A stretch of 64,000 bases of DNA, from the NCBI GenBank assembly GCA_030739735.1, contig JASLYQ010000008.1, positions 29,747 through 93,746 of the forward strand, read 5' to 3'. Positions 24,039 to 33,069 of the stretch are shown in pieces (within the stretch, counting starts at the first letter, position 1; each line of letters opens with the position of its first letter). Below the pieces are notes generated by a model, which worked only from the letters and a program-made list of their open reading frames with translations, made no database searches and was not told where the DNA came from. The translations under genes were made by a program, and so were the position numbers. The DNA comes from Alphaproteobacteria bacterium. GTDB taxonomy: Bacteria; Pseudomonadota; Alphaproteobacteria; UBA7887.

Positions 24039-24250
24039 GAACGGGGCCAAACGCGGTTTGGATTTACGTGGATATAAATAACATAATGAAAATGTCTTGA
24101 TATATTTTTCACATTCTTATTCTATTATTAGTATGTCACCACAGATCATATATGGTTTTTAATCATAATCACATTTTAAATACTGTGTAATCGGAGCATC
24201 AGGAGACTGTCGAGGCCTAACAGTCGAGCCGGCCCACTGGTGAGGACGAG

Positions 24251-24556
24251 ATGAGGGCAAAAAAAATCGCCACAGCGAATCGGGTCACGGATGGGCGGGT
24301 CGTCTTTCTGGATAACCGCGGTGCTTGGCACGAGTCAATGGAAGGGGCGCGCGTCGCCGATGATGAGGCAACCGCTGAAACTCTCGACGCGGATGCCAAG
24401 CTCGGTGAGGTCGCCAACCTGGTTATTGGCACCTATTTGATTGAAGTCGAGGATCAGCCCCTGCGCCCGAGCCGGTTGCGCGAACGTATCCGCGCCGCCG
24501 GTCCAACGGTTCAACTCGTGCTCAATCGGGCCCCAACGGCAATGGCGGCCAAGTAG
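24251..24556 (+). CDS. DUF2849 family protein
   Basis: TANRVTDGRVVFL...LRERIRAAGPTV; usual position before alphaproteobacterial sulfite reductase. Confidence 0.88.
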   Translation: MRAKKIATANRVTDGRVVFLDNRGAWHESMEGARVADDEATAETLDADAKLGEVANLVIGTYLIEVEDQPLRPSRLRERIRAAGPTVQLVLNRAPTAMAAK

Positions 24557-24560
24557 CGCG

Positions 24561-26198
24561 ATGTATCAATACGACGACCTTGATCAGGCCTTCATCGACA
24601 ACCGCACCGAGCAGTTCGCCGATCAGGTCGCACGTCGCCTCGACGGCAAGCTTAGCGAGGACCACTTCAGGCCCCTCAGGCTGATGAACGGACTCTATCT
24701 ACAGCTCCACGCCTACATGCTGCGGGTGGCGATTCCCTACGGCACGCTGACCTCCGCGCAGCTGCGCGGGCTCGCTACCGTCGCCCGGAAGTTCGACCGC
24801 GGCTATGGCCATTTCACCACGCGCCAGAACGTGCAGTTCAACTGGACGCGCCTCGACAACATGCCGGACATCCTCGCCGCTCTCGCCGAGATACAGATGC
24901 ATGCAGTGCAAACTAGCGGCAACTGTATCCGCAACGTCACCGCCGACCACCTGGCCGGCGTCGCGCCTGACGAAATTGAGGACCCCCGCCCCTGGTGTGA
25001 GATCATCCGCCAGTGGTCGTCGCTACACCCGGAGTTCACCTATCTGCCGCGCAAGTTCAAGATCGCCGTCGGCGGCGGACCGCGCGACCGGGCAGCCCTC
25101 AAGGTGCACGACATCGCACTCGAACTGCGCCGCAACGAGGCCGGAGAGATCGGCTTTGTGGTCATGGTTGGGGGCGGCCAGGGGCGCACGCCGAAGCTCG
25201 CCAAGACCATCCGAGCTTTCTTGCCCAAACAGCATCTGCTGTCCTATCTAGAAGCGATCCTGCGCATCTATAATCAACTCGGTCGGCGCGACAACAAGTA
25301 CAAGGCGCGTATTAAGATTCTTGTCGATGCCGTCGGCGTCCATCGCTTCGCCGAGATGGTCGAAGCGGAATGGACGCACCTGTATAACGGCGAACTAACC
25401 CTGAAAGCTGACGATATGGCGAAGATCATCACTGATTTTGCGCCCCCCGCCTATGCGAAAGCCGACCCCGCAGCAACCTCGGATGATCCCGCCATCATCG
25501 CCTGGTGCGAGCGCAATGTGCAGCCGCATAAGATACCAGACTATGCGAACGTTACCGTCTCGCTCAAGCCTATCGGCGGCGCACCTGGCGATGCCACAGA
25601 AGCGCAGATGGAAGTGGTCGCCGATCTTGCCGAGCGCTGGGGCTCTGGCGAGATCCGCGTCAGCCACGAGCAGAACCTAATTCTGCCAGATGTGCGCGAG
25701 AGCGATTTACCGACGCTATGGCGGGCGCTCAACGCAATGGAGTTGGCAACTCCCAATGCGGGACTTATCACCGATATCATCTCCTGCCCGGGCCTCGACT
25801 ATTGCGCACTGGCGACGGCGCGCTCGATTCCGGTCGCGCAAGAGATCAGTAAGCGCTTCGCCGACCTTGAGCGTCAGCACGATATCGGTGACCTCAAGAT
25901 CAAGATTTCCGGCTGTATCAACGCCTGCGGCCATCACCATATGGGCCATATTGGCATTCTCGGGGTCGATAAACGGGGCACGGAAGTCTACCAGATCACC
26001 CTCGGCGGCAGCGCCGAGAAAGATGCCTCGCTCGGCATCCTGGTCGGCCCCGGTTTTGCCGCAGATAAGATCGTCGATGCGGTCGAGGCCATCGTCACCA
26101 CCTATGTGGCCCTACGCCATGATGGCGAGAGCTTCCTCGACGCTTATCGCCGCGTTGGCCTCACACCCTTCAAGGAGGTGTTGTATGCCCCTGCTTAA
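24561..26198 (+). CDS. cysI: Siroheme/[4Fe-4S] sulfite reductase hemoprotein
   Basis: ATG 24561 MYQYDD; LRLMNGLYLQLHAYMLR, SCPGLDYC and SGCINACGHH ligand motifs. Confidence 0.95.
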   Translation: MYQYDDLDQAFIDNRTEQFADQVARRLDGKLSEDHFRPLRLMNGLYLQLHAYMLRVAIPYGTLTSAQLRGLATVARKFDRGYGHFTTRQNVQFNWTRLDNMPDILAALAEIQMHAVQTSGNCIRNVTADHLAGVAPDEIEDPRPWCEIIRQWSSLHPEFTYLPRKFKIAVGGGPRDRAALKVHDIALELRRNEAGEIGFVVMVGGGQGRTPKLAKTIRAFLPKQHLLSYLEAILRIYNQLGRRDNKYKARIKILVDAVGVHRFAEMVEAEWTHLYNGELTLKADDMAKIITDFAPPAYAKADPAATSDDPAIIAWCERNVQPHKIPDYANVTVSLKPIGGAPGDATEAQMEVVADLAERWGSGEIRVSHEQNLILPDVRESDLPTLWRALNAMELATPNAGLITDIISCPGLDYCALATARSIPVAQEISKRFADLERQHDIGDLKIKISGCINACGHHHMGHIGILGVDKRGTEVYQITLGGSAEKDASLGILVGPGFAADKIVDAVEAIVTTYVALRHDGESFLDAYRRVGLTPFKEVLYAPA

Positions 26199-27348
26199 GG
26201 ATGGCCGCAGCGTCGCCGATCCCTGGCTCCCAGTCGCAGACGGTGAGCCTCTGCCCGAGACCGGGCCCATGCTGCTGTCGATGGCGCGCTGGTGCGCAGA
26301 GCGCGAGACCTTACATGGCAACAATCGGACCTTCGGTGTCCGCCTCGCCAACGACCAGAGCCCGGATCTTCTGGCGGACGACGTCAAGCAGCTTGCGCTG
26401 ATCGTCTTAGATTTTCCCGACATCGCCGACGGCCGCGCCTATTCTCAGGCTCGCCTGCTGCGCGAGCGCTTTGGCTACCGCGGCGAGCTGCGTGCCGAGG
26501 GTGAAGTTCTGTATGACCAGTTATTACCCATGCAACGGGTCGGTTTCGATTCCTTCGACGTGGTGGAGCATGCAGATATCGAAACGGCACTCGCCGAAAT
26601 ACCCGTGTCGTATCAACCCACCGGCGCCGACGGCCAGACCGCTCTGTCGCTGCGTCGTGAGCGCCGTCGTCGTGATGCGCAGGTTGCCGGATTGCAGGCA
26701 GTGCACGGTGACACCGCCGGCGAGGCATTGTTGCGTGCCGTGATCACAGAGTCATTCCCAAGCCGCATTGCCGTGGTCTCGTCCTTCGGGACTGAGGCCG
26801 TGGTCATGCTGGACATGGTGGCGCGCATCGATCCCGCCACACCGGTTATCTTCCTCGACACCGACAAGCACTTCCCGGAGACCTTAGCCTATCATGAATC
26901 TCTGGTCGCCGAGCTTGGGCTTGAGGACGTACGCGATATCACCCCCGATGCGGTGGCGTTGGCGCACGAGGATGCGGCCGGCGATCTCTGGCGCCGTGAC
27001 GCCGACCGCTGCTGTCATCTGCGCAAAGTGGCGCCGCTCGCCCGTGCGCTCGAAGGCTTCGACGCTTGGGTAACGGGGCGTAAGCGCTTCCATGGCGACG
27101 TGCGCTCTGACCTGCCGCTTTTCGAAAACGACGGCAAGCGCATCAAGATCAACCCGCTTGCCGACTGGTCGGCAAACAAGGTCGCGGCCTGGATCGCCAC
27201 GCGCGGCCTTAGCACCCACCCCCTGCTTGCCGAGGATTTTGCCTCGATCGGCTGTGCCCCCTGCACGGCACCGGCCGATGCGAGAGGTGGCCGCTGGTCC
27301 GGCAGCGACAAGACCGAATGCGGCATCCATCAACGGCGGAAGACGTGA
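26185..27348 (+). CDS. cysH: DUF934 - APS reductase (CysH) fusion protein, 387 aa
   Basis: One ORF from ATG 26185 (AAGGAGG RBS). N-half has DUF934 motifs (LDFP.IADGRAYSQARLLRERFGYRGELRA.GEVL.DQL). C-half has SSFG, DTDKHFPET, RCCHLRKV, SIGCAPCT, ECGIH. Confidence 0.9.
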   Translation: MPLLKDGRSVADPWLPVADGEPLPETGPMLLSMARWCAERETLHGNNRTFGVRLANDQSPDLLADDVKQLALIVLDFPDIADGRAYSQARLLRERFGYRGELRAEGEVLYDQLLPMQRVGFDSFDVVEHADIETALAEIPVSYQPTGADGQTALSLRRERRRRDAQVAGLQAVHGDTAGEALLRAVITESFPSRIAVVSSFGTEAVVMLDMVARIDPATPVIFLDTDKHFPETLAYHESLVAELGLEDVRDITPDAVALAHEDAAGDLWRRDADRCCHLRKVAPLARALEGFDAWVTGRKRFHGDVRSDLPLFENDGKRIKINPLADWSANKVAAWIATRGLSTHPLLAEDFASIGCAPCTAPADARGGRWSGSDKTECGIHQRRKT

Positions 27349-28142
27349 CCGGTTCCCTCGACGCTCTTGAAAGCCAAAGCGTCTACATCCTGCGCGAGGC
27401 CTATGGCCGCATCTCGCCGACTATGTTGCTGTGGTCTCTGGGCAAGGACTCCAACGTCATGCTGTGGCTGGCGCGCAAGGCCTTTTGTGGGCATGTGCCC
27501 TTTGAGGTGGCGCATGTCGATACCGGCATGAAGTTCCCCGAGATGTATGCCTTCCGCGACCACTATGCCAGCGAATGGAATCTCGACCTGGTGGTGCGCA
27601 ATTGCCCGCCGGTCGAGGAGATCGATGCCTCGCTGCCGCCGGCCGCACGCTCGGCCGCGCGCAAGACGGCAGGGCTCAAAGCACTAATCGCCGAGAACGG
27701 CTACAATGGGGTCATCGCCGGCATCCGCCGCGACGAGGAAGTGGTGCGCGCGAAAGAACGCGTCTTCAGCCCGCGCGGCACCGACTCCCGCTGGGACTTC
27801 CGCGACCAGCCGGCTGAGCTGTGGGACCAGTACAAGACTGAGTTTCCCCCCGGCACCCATGTGCGCATCCACCCGCTGCTGCACTGGAGCGAAGTCGACA
27901 TCTGGCGTTACGTGGCGCGCGAGAACATTCCCGTGGTCGATCTCTATTTCGCCCGCGATGGCAAACGCTATCGCTCGCTCGGCGATCGCGACATCACCTT
28001 CCCGATGGTGAGTGAGGCCTCCAGCATCGACGAGATTATCAACGAGCTGGAGACCACGCACATTTCCGAGCGCGCAGGCCGCGCCATGGACCATGAGGCG
28101 GAAGATTCCTTCGAACGCCTGCGCAGCGAAGGCTATATGTAG
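27345..28142 (+). CDS. cysD: Sulfate adenylyltransferase subunit 2
   Basis: WSLGKDS PP-loop, [25 protein letters not shown]; GTGA overlap. Confidence 0.95.
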   Translation: MTGSLDALESQSVYILREAYGRISPTMLLWSLGKDSNVMLWLARKAFCGHVPFEVAHVDTGMKFPEMYAFRDHYASEWNLDLVVRNCPPVEEIDASLPPAARSAARKTAGLKALIAENGYNGVIAGIRRDEEVVRAKERVFSPRGTDSRWDFRDQPAELWDQYKTEFPPGTHVRIHPLLHWSEVDIWRYVARENIPVVDLYFARDGKRYRSLGDRDITFPMVSEASSIDEIINELETTHISERAGRAMDHEAEDSFERLRSEGYM

Positions 28143-28143
28143 C

Positions 28144-29988
28144 ATGTCATATTTTAAAATTGGGGAGGCCGCACAGCTGCCGGTCGTCATCGTCGGCCAT
28201 GTTGATCATGGCAAGTCCACCCTGATCGGCCGCCTGCTGCACGATTCCGATAGCCTGCCCGAGGGCAGAATCGAAGCGGTGCGGGAGATGTGCCAACGCC
28301 GCAGCATGCCGTTCGAGTGGGCGTTCCTGATGGACGCCTTCCAGGCCGAGCGGGACCAGGGCATCACCATAGACACCACGCAAATCCAGTTTCGAACGCC
28401 CAAGCGTCCCTATCTCATCATCGACGCGCCGGGGCATCAGGAGTTCCTCAAGAACATGATCACCGGCGCCACCAATGCCACCGCGGCACTGCTGGTCATC
28501 GACGCCGAGGAAGGCGTGCGGGAGCAGACCCGGCGCCACGCCACGCTGCTCGGACTTTTGGGCGTGTGCCAGCTCGCGGTCGTGGTCAACAAGCTCGACC
28601 GCATCGCTTTCGATCGTTTACGCTTCGCTCAGGTTGCCGACGACGTACGTGGCTATCTCGGCGAGCTCGGCCTTGCGCCGAGCGCTGTCATTCCCGCCTC
28701 CGCCCGCGGCGGCGATAATGTCAGTAGCGCCAGCGAAAACACGCCCTGGTATGAGGGGCCCACGGTGCTCGAGGCGCTCGACAGCTTCACCGCGCGGCCC
28801 CAGGCGGACGAGCAGTCGCTGCGTCTGCCAATACAAGACGTCTACAAGTTCGACGAGCGCCGGCTGATTGCCGGGCGCATCGAGAGCGGACATCTCAGCA
28901 TAGGCGACGAGTTGGTTTTCGCACCCGACGATAAGCGCGCGCGTATTGCCAGCATCGAGAGCTGGAACGTGCCGCTACCGCAGGTCACGGCCAAGGCCGG
29001 CGAGTCGATCGCGCTGACCCTAGATCAGCAGATCTTCGTCGAGCGCGGTGCCATTGCTTATGCACCCGATTCACCGCCTCTCGTAGCGCGGCGGATACGC
29101 GCACGCCTGTTCTGGCTCGCCCGAGAGCCCTTGGAGGAGACACGCAAGCTAACGCTAAAGATCGGTACCGGACAGCATCCCGTGACCGTCACGACGATTC
29201 GCAGCGTGCTCGATTTCGAAAACCTCGAATCCCGACCCTCGCCACGCGCCGCACACAACGAGATCGCCGAAGTGATACTGGAAAGTGAACGGCCCTTGTT
29301 TATCGACGCTCACAACGACAATCCTGCCACCGGCCGCGGCGTGCTGGTCGCGGACTACGACGTGGTCGGCGGCTGCGTAATCCTCGGCGAGGTCGAGCCT
29401 GCGGCCGAGCTATACGCGGTCGCGCATCAGGTCGATGTCGATGCGCGCGCCATAGCGCTCGGCCATCGCGGCGGCGTGATCTGGCTTACCGGGTTATCGG
29501 GTGCCGGCAAATCCACACTCGCCATAGACCTCGAGGTGCGGCTTTTCAGCCGTAACATCCACGCCTTCGTGCTCGATGGCGACAATCTGCGCAAGCACCT
29601 CAGCAGCGATCTCGGCTTCGCGCCCGAAGACCGCACCGAAAACATCCGTCGTACCGCCGAGGCGGCACGCCTGTTTGCCGAAGCCGGAATGGTCGCCGTC
29701 GTCGCCCTGATCTCGCCATTGCGCGACGACCGTGACCGAGCCCGCACAATTGTCGGCAAGGAGTTTCACGAAGTGCATGTGCGCGCCGATCTGGAGACCT
29801 GCGAGGCGCGCGACCCGAAAGGGCTCTACGCTCGCGTCCGCTCCGGCCGTATCGCCAACTTCACCGGTATCGATTCGCCCTATGAGCCGCCGCACGCGCC
29901 AGAGTTGGTGATTGATACCGAAGCCATGTCGGTCACAGCCTGCCAGGAAGCGCTTGCCGCCTATGTCGAAAGCGCAGTGACACTATGA
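28144..29988 (+). CDS. cysNC: Bifunctional sulfate adenylyltransferase subunit 1 / APS kinase (CysNC)
   Basis: [18 protein letters not shown] GTPase motifs; C-terminal [27 protein letters not shown]. Confidence 0.95.
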   Translation: MSYFKIGEAAQLPVVIVGHVDHGKSTLIGRLLHDSDSLPEGRIEAVREMCQRRSMPFEWAFLMDAFQAERDQGITIDTTQIQFRTPKRPYLIIDAPGHQEFLKNMITGATNATAALLVIDAEEGVREQTRRHATLLGLLGVCQLAVVVNKLDRIAFDRLRFAQVADDVRGYLGELGLAPSAVIPASARGGDNVSSASENTPWYEGPTVLEALDSFTARPQADEQSLRLPIQDVYKFDERRLIAGRIESGHLSIGDELVFAPDDKRARIASIESWNVPLPQVTAKAGESIALTLDQQIFVERGAIAYAPDSPPLVARRIRARLFWLAREPLEETRKLTLKIGTGQHPVTVTTIRSVLDFENLESRPSPRAAHNEIAEVILESERPLFIDAHNDNPATGRGVLVADYDVVGGCVILGEVEPAAELYAVAHQVDVDARAIALGHRGGVIWLTGLSGAGKSTLAIDLEVRLFSRNIHAFVLDGDNLRKHLSSDLGFAPEDRTENIRRTAEAARLFAEAGMVAVVALISPLRDDRDRARTIVGKEFHEVHVRADLETCEARDPKGLYARVRSGRIANFTGIDSPYEPPHAPELVIDTEAMSVTACQEALAAYVESAVTL

Positions 29989-30416
29989 GACGGCTACTGC
30001 ATCTGCCCGTCCAACCCACGGTGGTCAGCGGCTGGCAGGCCTGGGACATGCTCGCCGACGACCCCGACTCCATCTTGGTTGATCTGGGCTCGATAGGCTC
30101 CCCGGACCTGCGCGAGCTCAACAAGGTGCCCTCACACAGCGATGCCAGACCTGTCAACCACAGTACGCCCATCTTTCTGCTCAGTCAGACCGGCACGCAC
30201 GCAAGAAAAATCGCGGCAGCGTGGCTGGCGGACGGCTATGCCGGTGTCGCTGTGATCTCGGAGGGCGCTACCGGTTGGCAGGCCCTAGGCTTGCCTTGGA
30301 CGGAACCGACGCAGGCCGAGATAGCCCAACAGCAGGACGAAGCAGGCAAGCACGAAGAGCTTGTTGATGAACCAGTTGGTGGTCCAGATCGTCCACTCGG
30401 GCGCATCGAGAAATAA
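29985..30416 (+). CDS. Degenerate rhodanese-like protein (no catalytic Cys)
   Basis: [29 protein letters not shown] are recognisable; the active loop reads LLSQTGTHA; ATGA overlap with cysNC. Confidence 0.6.
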   Translation: MRRLLHLPVQPTVVSGWQAWDMLADDPDSILVDLGSIGSPDLRELNKVPSHSDARPVNHSTPIFLLSQTGTHARKIAAAWLADGYAGVAVISEGATGWQALGLPWTEPTQAEIAQQQDEAGKHEELVDEPVGGPDRPLGRIEK

Positions 30417-30662
30417 CGCCAGCTTGACCACCACGATGACGATCTCGGCAATCGACATGCCGAGCGCCAAGGCGATCGTGTAGCGCGGCTGCGCGAACAG
30501 TGCCCAGGCCAGCCACAAGTGGGCGACCCACCAGAAATCCCACCAGACATAGGTCGCCACGCCAACGCCTTCGGCCAGCGCATAAGCCACTGGAAAGGCG
30601 AACTTGACTGTCACGGTCCAGGCCGCCAGCAGGATCAGAAAATGCGCGATGAAGCGGATCAC
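30285..30662 (-). CDS. Hypothetical membrane protein (about 4 TM, 125 aa)
   Basis: Strongly hydrophobic, Trp-rich ORF; GTG start overlaps the stop of the AKR gene. Confidence 0.8.
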   Translation of the reverse strand: MIRFIAHFLILLAAWTVTVKFAFPVAYALAEGVGVATYVWWDFWWVAHLWLAWALFAQPRYTIALALGMSIAEIVIVVVKLALFLDAPEWTIWTTNWFINKLFVLACFVLLLGYLGLRRFRPRQA

Positions 30663-31849
30663 GTGGCCAAGCGGTAGTAGGCATCGAGCGTAAGCGCAGC
30701 GATGTCGAGACCGTGCGGGCAGGCGCCATGGCAGACCTTGTGGGTACATGTCGCGCAAGGTCCAGCGCCTTCGCCGAGCGCCGCATAGTCCGTGCGTGCC
30801 CGGACCTCGTCACCGTAATCGGTAGCGTACATGCGCGTACGCAGCACCTCGGTGATAGGGACGCCCGCCGGACAGGCTTGCGAGCAAGCGCCGCAGCCGG
30901 GGCGACAGTAGCGGTCTTCCTGTAATGCCGCATAGTGTGCCAGCAAACCAAAGTCACCGGGGCGCAGCGCCTGTTCGCCGGACGCCGCCATATATTCGTC
31001 GATTAGCGCCCGGCTAGTCATCGACACGATCAAGGAATCGACGCGCGGGCTCGACAGCACCCAGCGAAACGCAGCCTGGGCATAGGTACCACCGGTGCGC
31101 TCGAAAGGCCGCATATCATTGAGCCGCGCGCCCATCAGGACCTTCATGGCGACCACGCCGACGCCCTTCGCCTTCGCCTTCTCCAACACGCGCGGCAGCT
31201 CGGGCTGGATCGAGACGTAGTGCAGGGCGTGGCGCACCTGGGCGACGAAGTCCGGATCTTGTGCAAAGGTATAGGCGGCGAGCACAACATCGGCGAGATC
31301 GTTGTCGATGGCATAGTTCAGACACTCGGTCAGTGACGAGCCGTGTCCCGACATCCCACAAAAGCGGATCTTTCCCTGTTTCTTAGCGCGCTCGGTGAAA
31401 GCGTGCCATTCCGGGTTACGCAGTCGCTCGACGTCGTTGACAGAATGCAGAAAATAAATGTCGAGGTAATCGGTGCCGAGACGGCGCAGACTGCGTTCGA
31501 GAGCTGTCATCATATCGGCTTGGACAGCGCGCGCGCCGGCCTTGGTCTTGGACGCCAGCACAACGCGGTCACGCATGCCCCACAGACCCTTGCCCATAGC
31601 GGACTCGGCCGCGCCGAAGCGATAGCTTTCGGCAGTGTCGAAATATGTGACGCCACGATGGAGAGCGTAGCTGATCAGCTCGGGATCCGCCGAGAGGCTG
31701 GAGCCGAAGCCGATGTTCGAAACCTCGAGCCCAGTCGCACCCAGAGTAACCGTGCGCGCAGCGGCTGCAGCCGGCCGCGGCGCGGGGGCCCCGAGGGCCA
31801 ACGCCCCAACACCGAGAAACTGTCGCCGGTCGAGCATCGCCGCCTCCAC
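30659..31849 (-). CDS. Aldo/keto reductase with twin-Arg signal and C-terminal Fe-S motifs
   Basis: DRRQFLGVG; YFDTAESY, LASKT, YFLHSV catalytic residues; CRPGCGACSQACP and CATCTHKVCHGACP. Confidence 0.9.
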   Translation of the reverse strand: MEAAMLDRRQFLGVGALALGAPAPRPAAAAARTVTLGATGLEVSNIGFGSSLSADPELISYALHRGVTYFDTAESYRFGAAESAMGKGLWGMRDRVVLASKTKAGARAVQADMMTALERSLRRLGTDYLDIYFLHSVNDVERLRNPEWHAFTERAKKQGKIRFCGMSGHGSSLTECLNYAIDNDLADVVLAAYTFAQDPDFVAQVRHALHYVSIQPELPRVLEKAKAKGVGVVAMKVLMGARLNDMRPFERTGGTYAQAAFRWVLSSPRVDSLIVSMTSRALIDEYMAASGEQALRPGDFGLLAHYAALQEDRYCRPGCGACSQACPAGVPITEVLRTRMYATDYGDEVRARTDYAALGEGAGPCATCTHKVCHGACPHGLDIAALTLDAYYRLAT

Positions 31850-31918
31850 GATTTTGCGATGAGTCTATGTGCCAGCGCATGCTTGTTCAATGCACCCGGC
31901 ACAGGCTAGTCTCGGACT

Positions 31919-32380
31919 ATGCACTACCTTCTCGCCACGTTCATCGTCCTGTTTGCGCTGACCGGTGAAGCCATGGCTTGCGACAAAGCCGAAGAAGACC
32001 TCGCGGACTTTCTTGCCGGCTCGTATTCGCTGATCGGCCGCGAACCCCATTTTGGCGCGCCGTACGCCGGAGCCGCGACGCTCAGGGCCGCCGGCTGTCG
32101 CCTAGTCTTCGCGCGCTGCGTCAACGGCGAGCGCATCAACGGTACCGCTCGCCTCGGCAGCATCACGGCCGACGAGATTCCGGTGCTCGAGATCCGCTAC
32201 CGTATGGGCTCGCAGATCATCCTTGGTATGTTTCTCATAGACGGCGACCCCGATAACTACGCCCTGCTCAGCGGCGAATGGAAGGTTGGTGAATCCACCG
32301 GCGCACCCGGCCGTGAGCACTGGTACATCGAGCGCGAGAGCGACCTCGCCGCCGAGAATCCGCAGCCAGCCTGCGAATAG
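31919..32380 (+). CDS. Hypothetical exported protein
   Basis: Sec signal MHYLLATFIVLFALTGEAMA; beta-strand-rich mature part with GSYSLIG..P...Y.G pattern; 4 Cys. Confidence 0.7.
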   Translation: MHYLLATFIVLFALTGEAMACDKAEEDLADFLAGSYSLIGREPHFGAPYAGAATLRAAGCRLVFARCVNGERINGTARLGSITADEIPVLEIRYRMGSQIILGMFLIDGDPDNYALLSGEWKVGESTGAPGREHWYIERESDLAAENPQPACE

Positions 32381-32385
32381 CCCCC

Positions 32386-33069
32386 TTACTCCGGCTTCTG
32401 CCCCCCGAACAACGCCATGGTCAGGTATTGCCAGTGGCACGAGACTTCTTCGAAGCCGATCGTGCGCAGCCAGTCGAGTTGATCCGGCACGGGCGCGGGG
32501 TTGTCCTGCTCCAGGTGCTCTTTGAACCAACTCATGTCGTCGTAGCCGTATGAGGCGGCAGTGTTCTGCCAGATATCCTGGTAGCGCTTGTCGAGCGTTA
32601 ACGTCGGCCCCAGGATGACGTCGCGCAACAGGAAGATGCCGCCGGGGTTGAGTGCAACGAAGATCTTGGCGAAGCTCTTGCGCTTGTCCTCGTGGCTGAG
32701 GTGGTGCAGCGCCAGGCTCGAGACCACCACGTCGTAACCCGGGTCGATCTCGGCTGCAGGGAAGCGGCCCTCGCACACTGTCACACGCTCGCCGAACTGC
32801 GCCAGGTTGGCGCTACATTCCTCCAGCATCTCGGGTGAGAGGTCGATAGCCAGCACGGTGGAATTCGGGAAGGCGTCGAGCACGCAGCCAGCAACCACAC
32901 CCGTGCCCGTGCCGACGTCGAGCGCGCTCAACGCCGCGTCCTTAGGGTATGGGATGAGGTCGAGCATGAGCTGGTTTATCTCGTGATAGAACGGCACCAG
33001 ACGCGGGATGAAATCCTCGTACGCCTCGGCCCGGTCACCGAAAAACTCGCTCGCCTGTTGGTCCTTCAT
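32386..33069 (-). CDS. Class I SAM-dependent methyltransferase (CmoA/Tam-like)
   Basis: LDVGTGTG, IDLSPEML, YDVVVSSLALHHL; ATG 33069 overlaps the upstream stop. Confidence 0.88.
   Translation of the reverse strand: MKDQQASEFFGDRAEAYEDFIPRLVPFYHEINQLMLDLIPYPKDAALSALDVGTGTGVVAGCVLDAFPNSTVLAIDLSPEMLEECSANLAQFGERVTVCEGRFPAAEIDPGYDVVVSSLALHHLSHEDKRKSFAKIFVALNPGGIFLLRDVILGPTLTLDKRYQDIWQNTAASYGYDDMSWFKEHLEQDNPAPVPDQLDWLRTIGFEEVSCHWQYLTMALFGGQKPE

Noticed and set aside
24047-24064. Hairpin CCAAAC-GCG-GTTTGG after cysK as an intrinsic terminator
   Set aside because: Six-bp stem with a 3-nt loop and only ATTT behind it; too weak to list.
22261-30416. Intact genomic island or prophage at tRNA-Ala
   Set aside because: No integrase, phage gene or duplicated att site seen by eye; only a scar is proposed.
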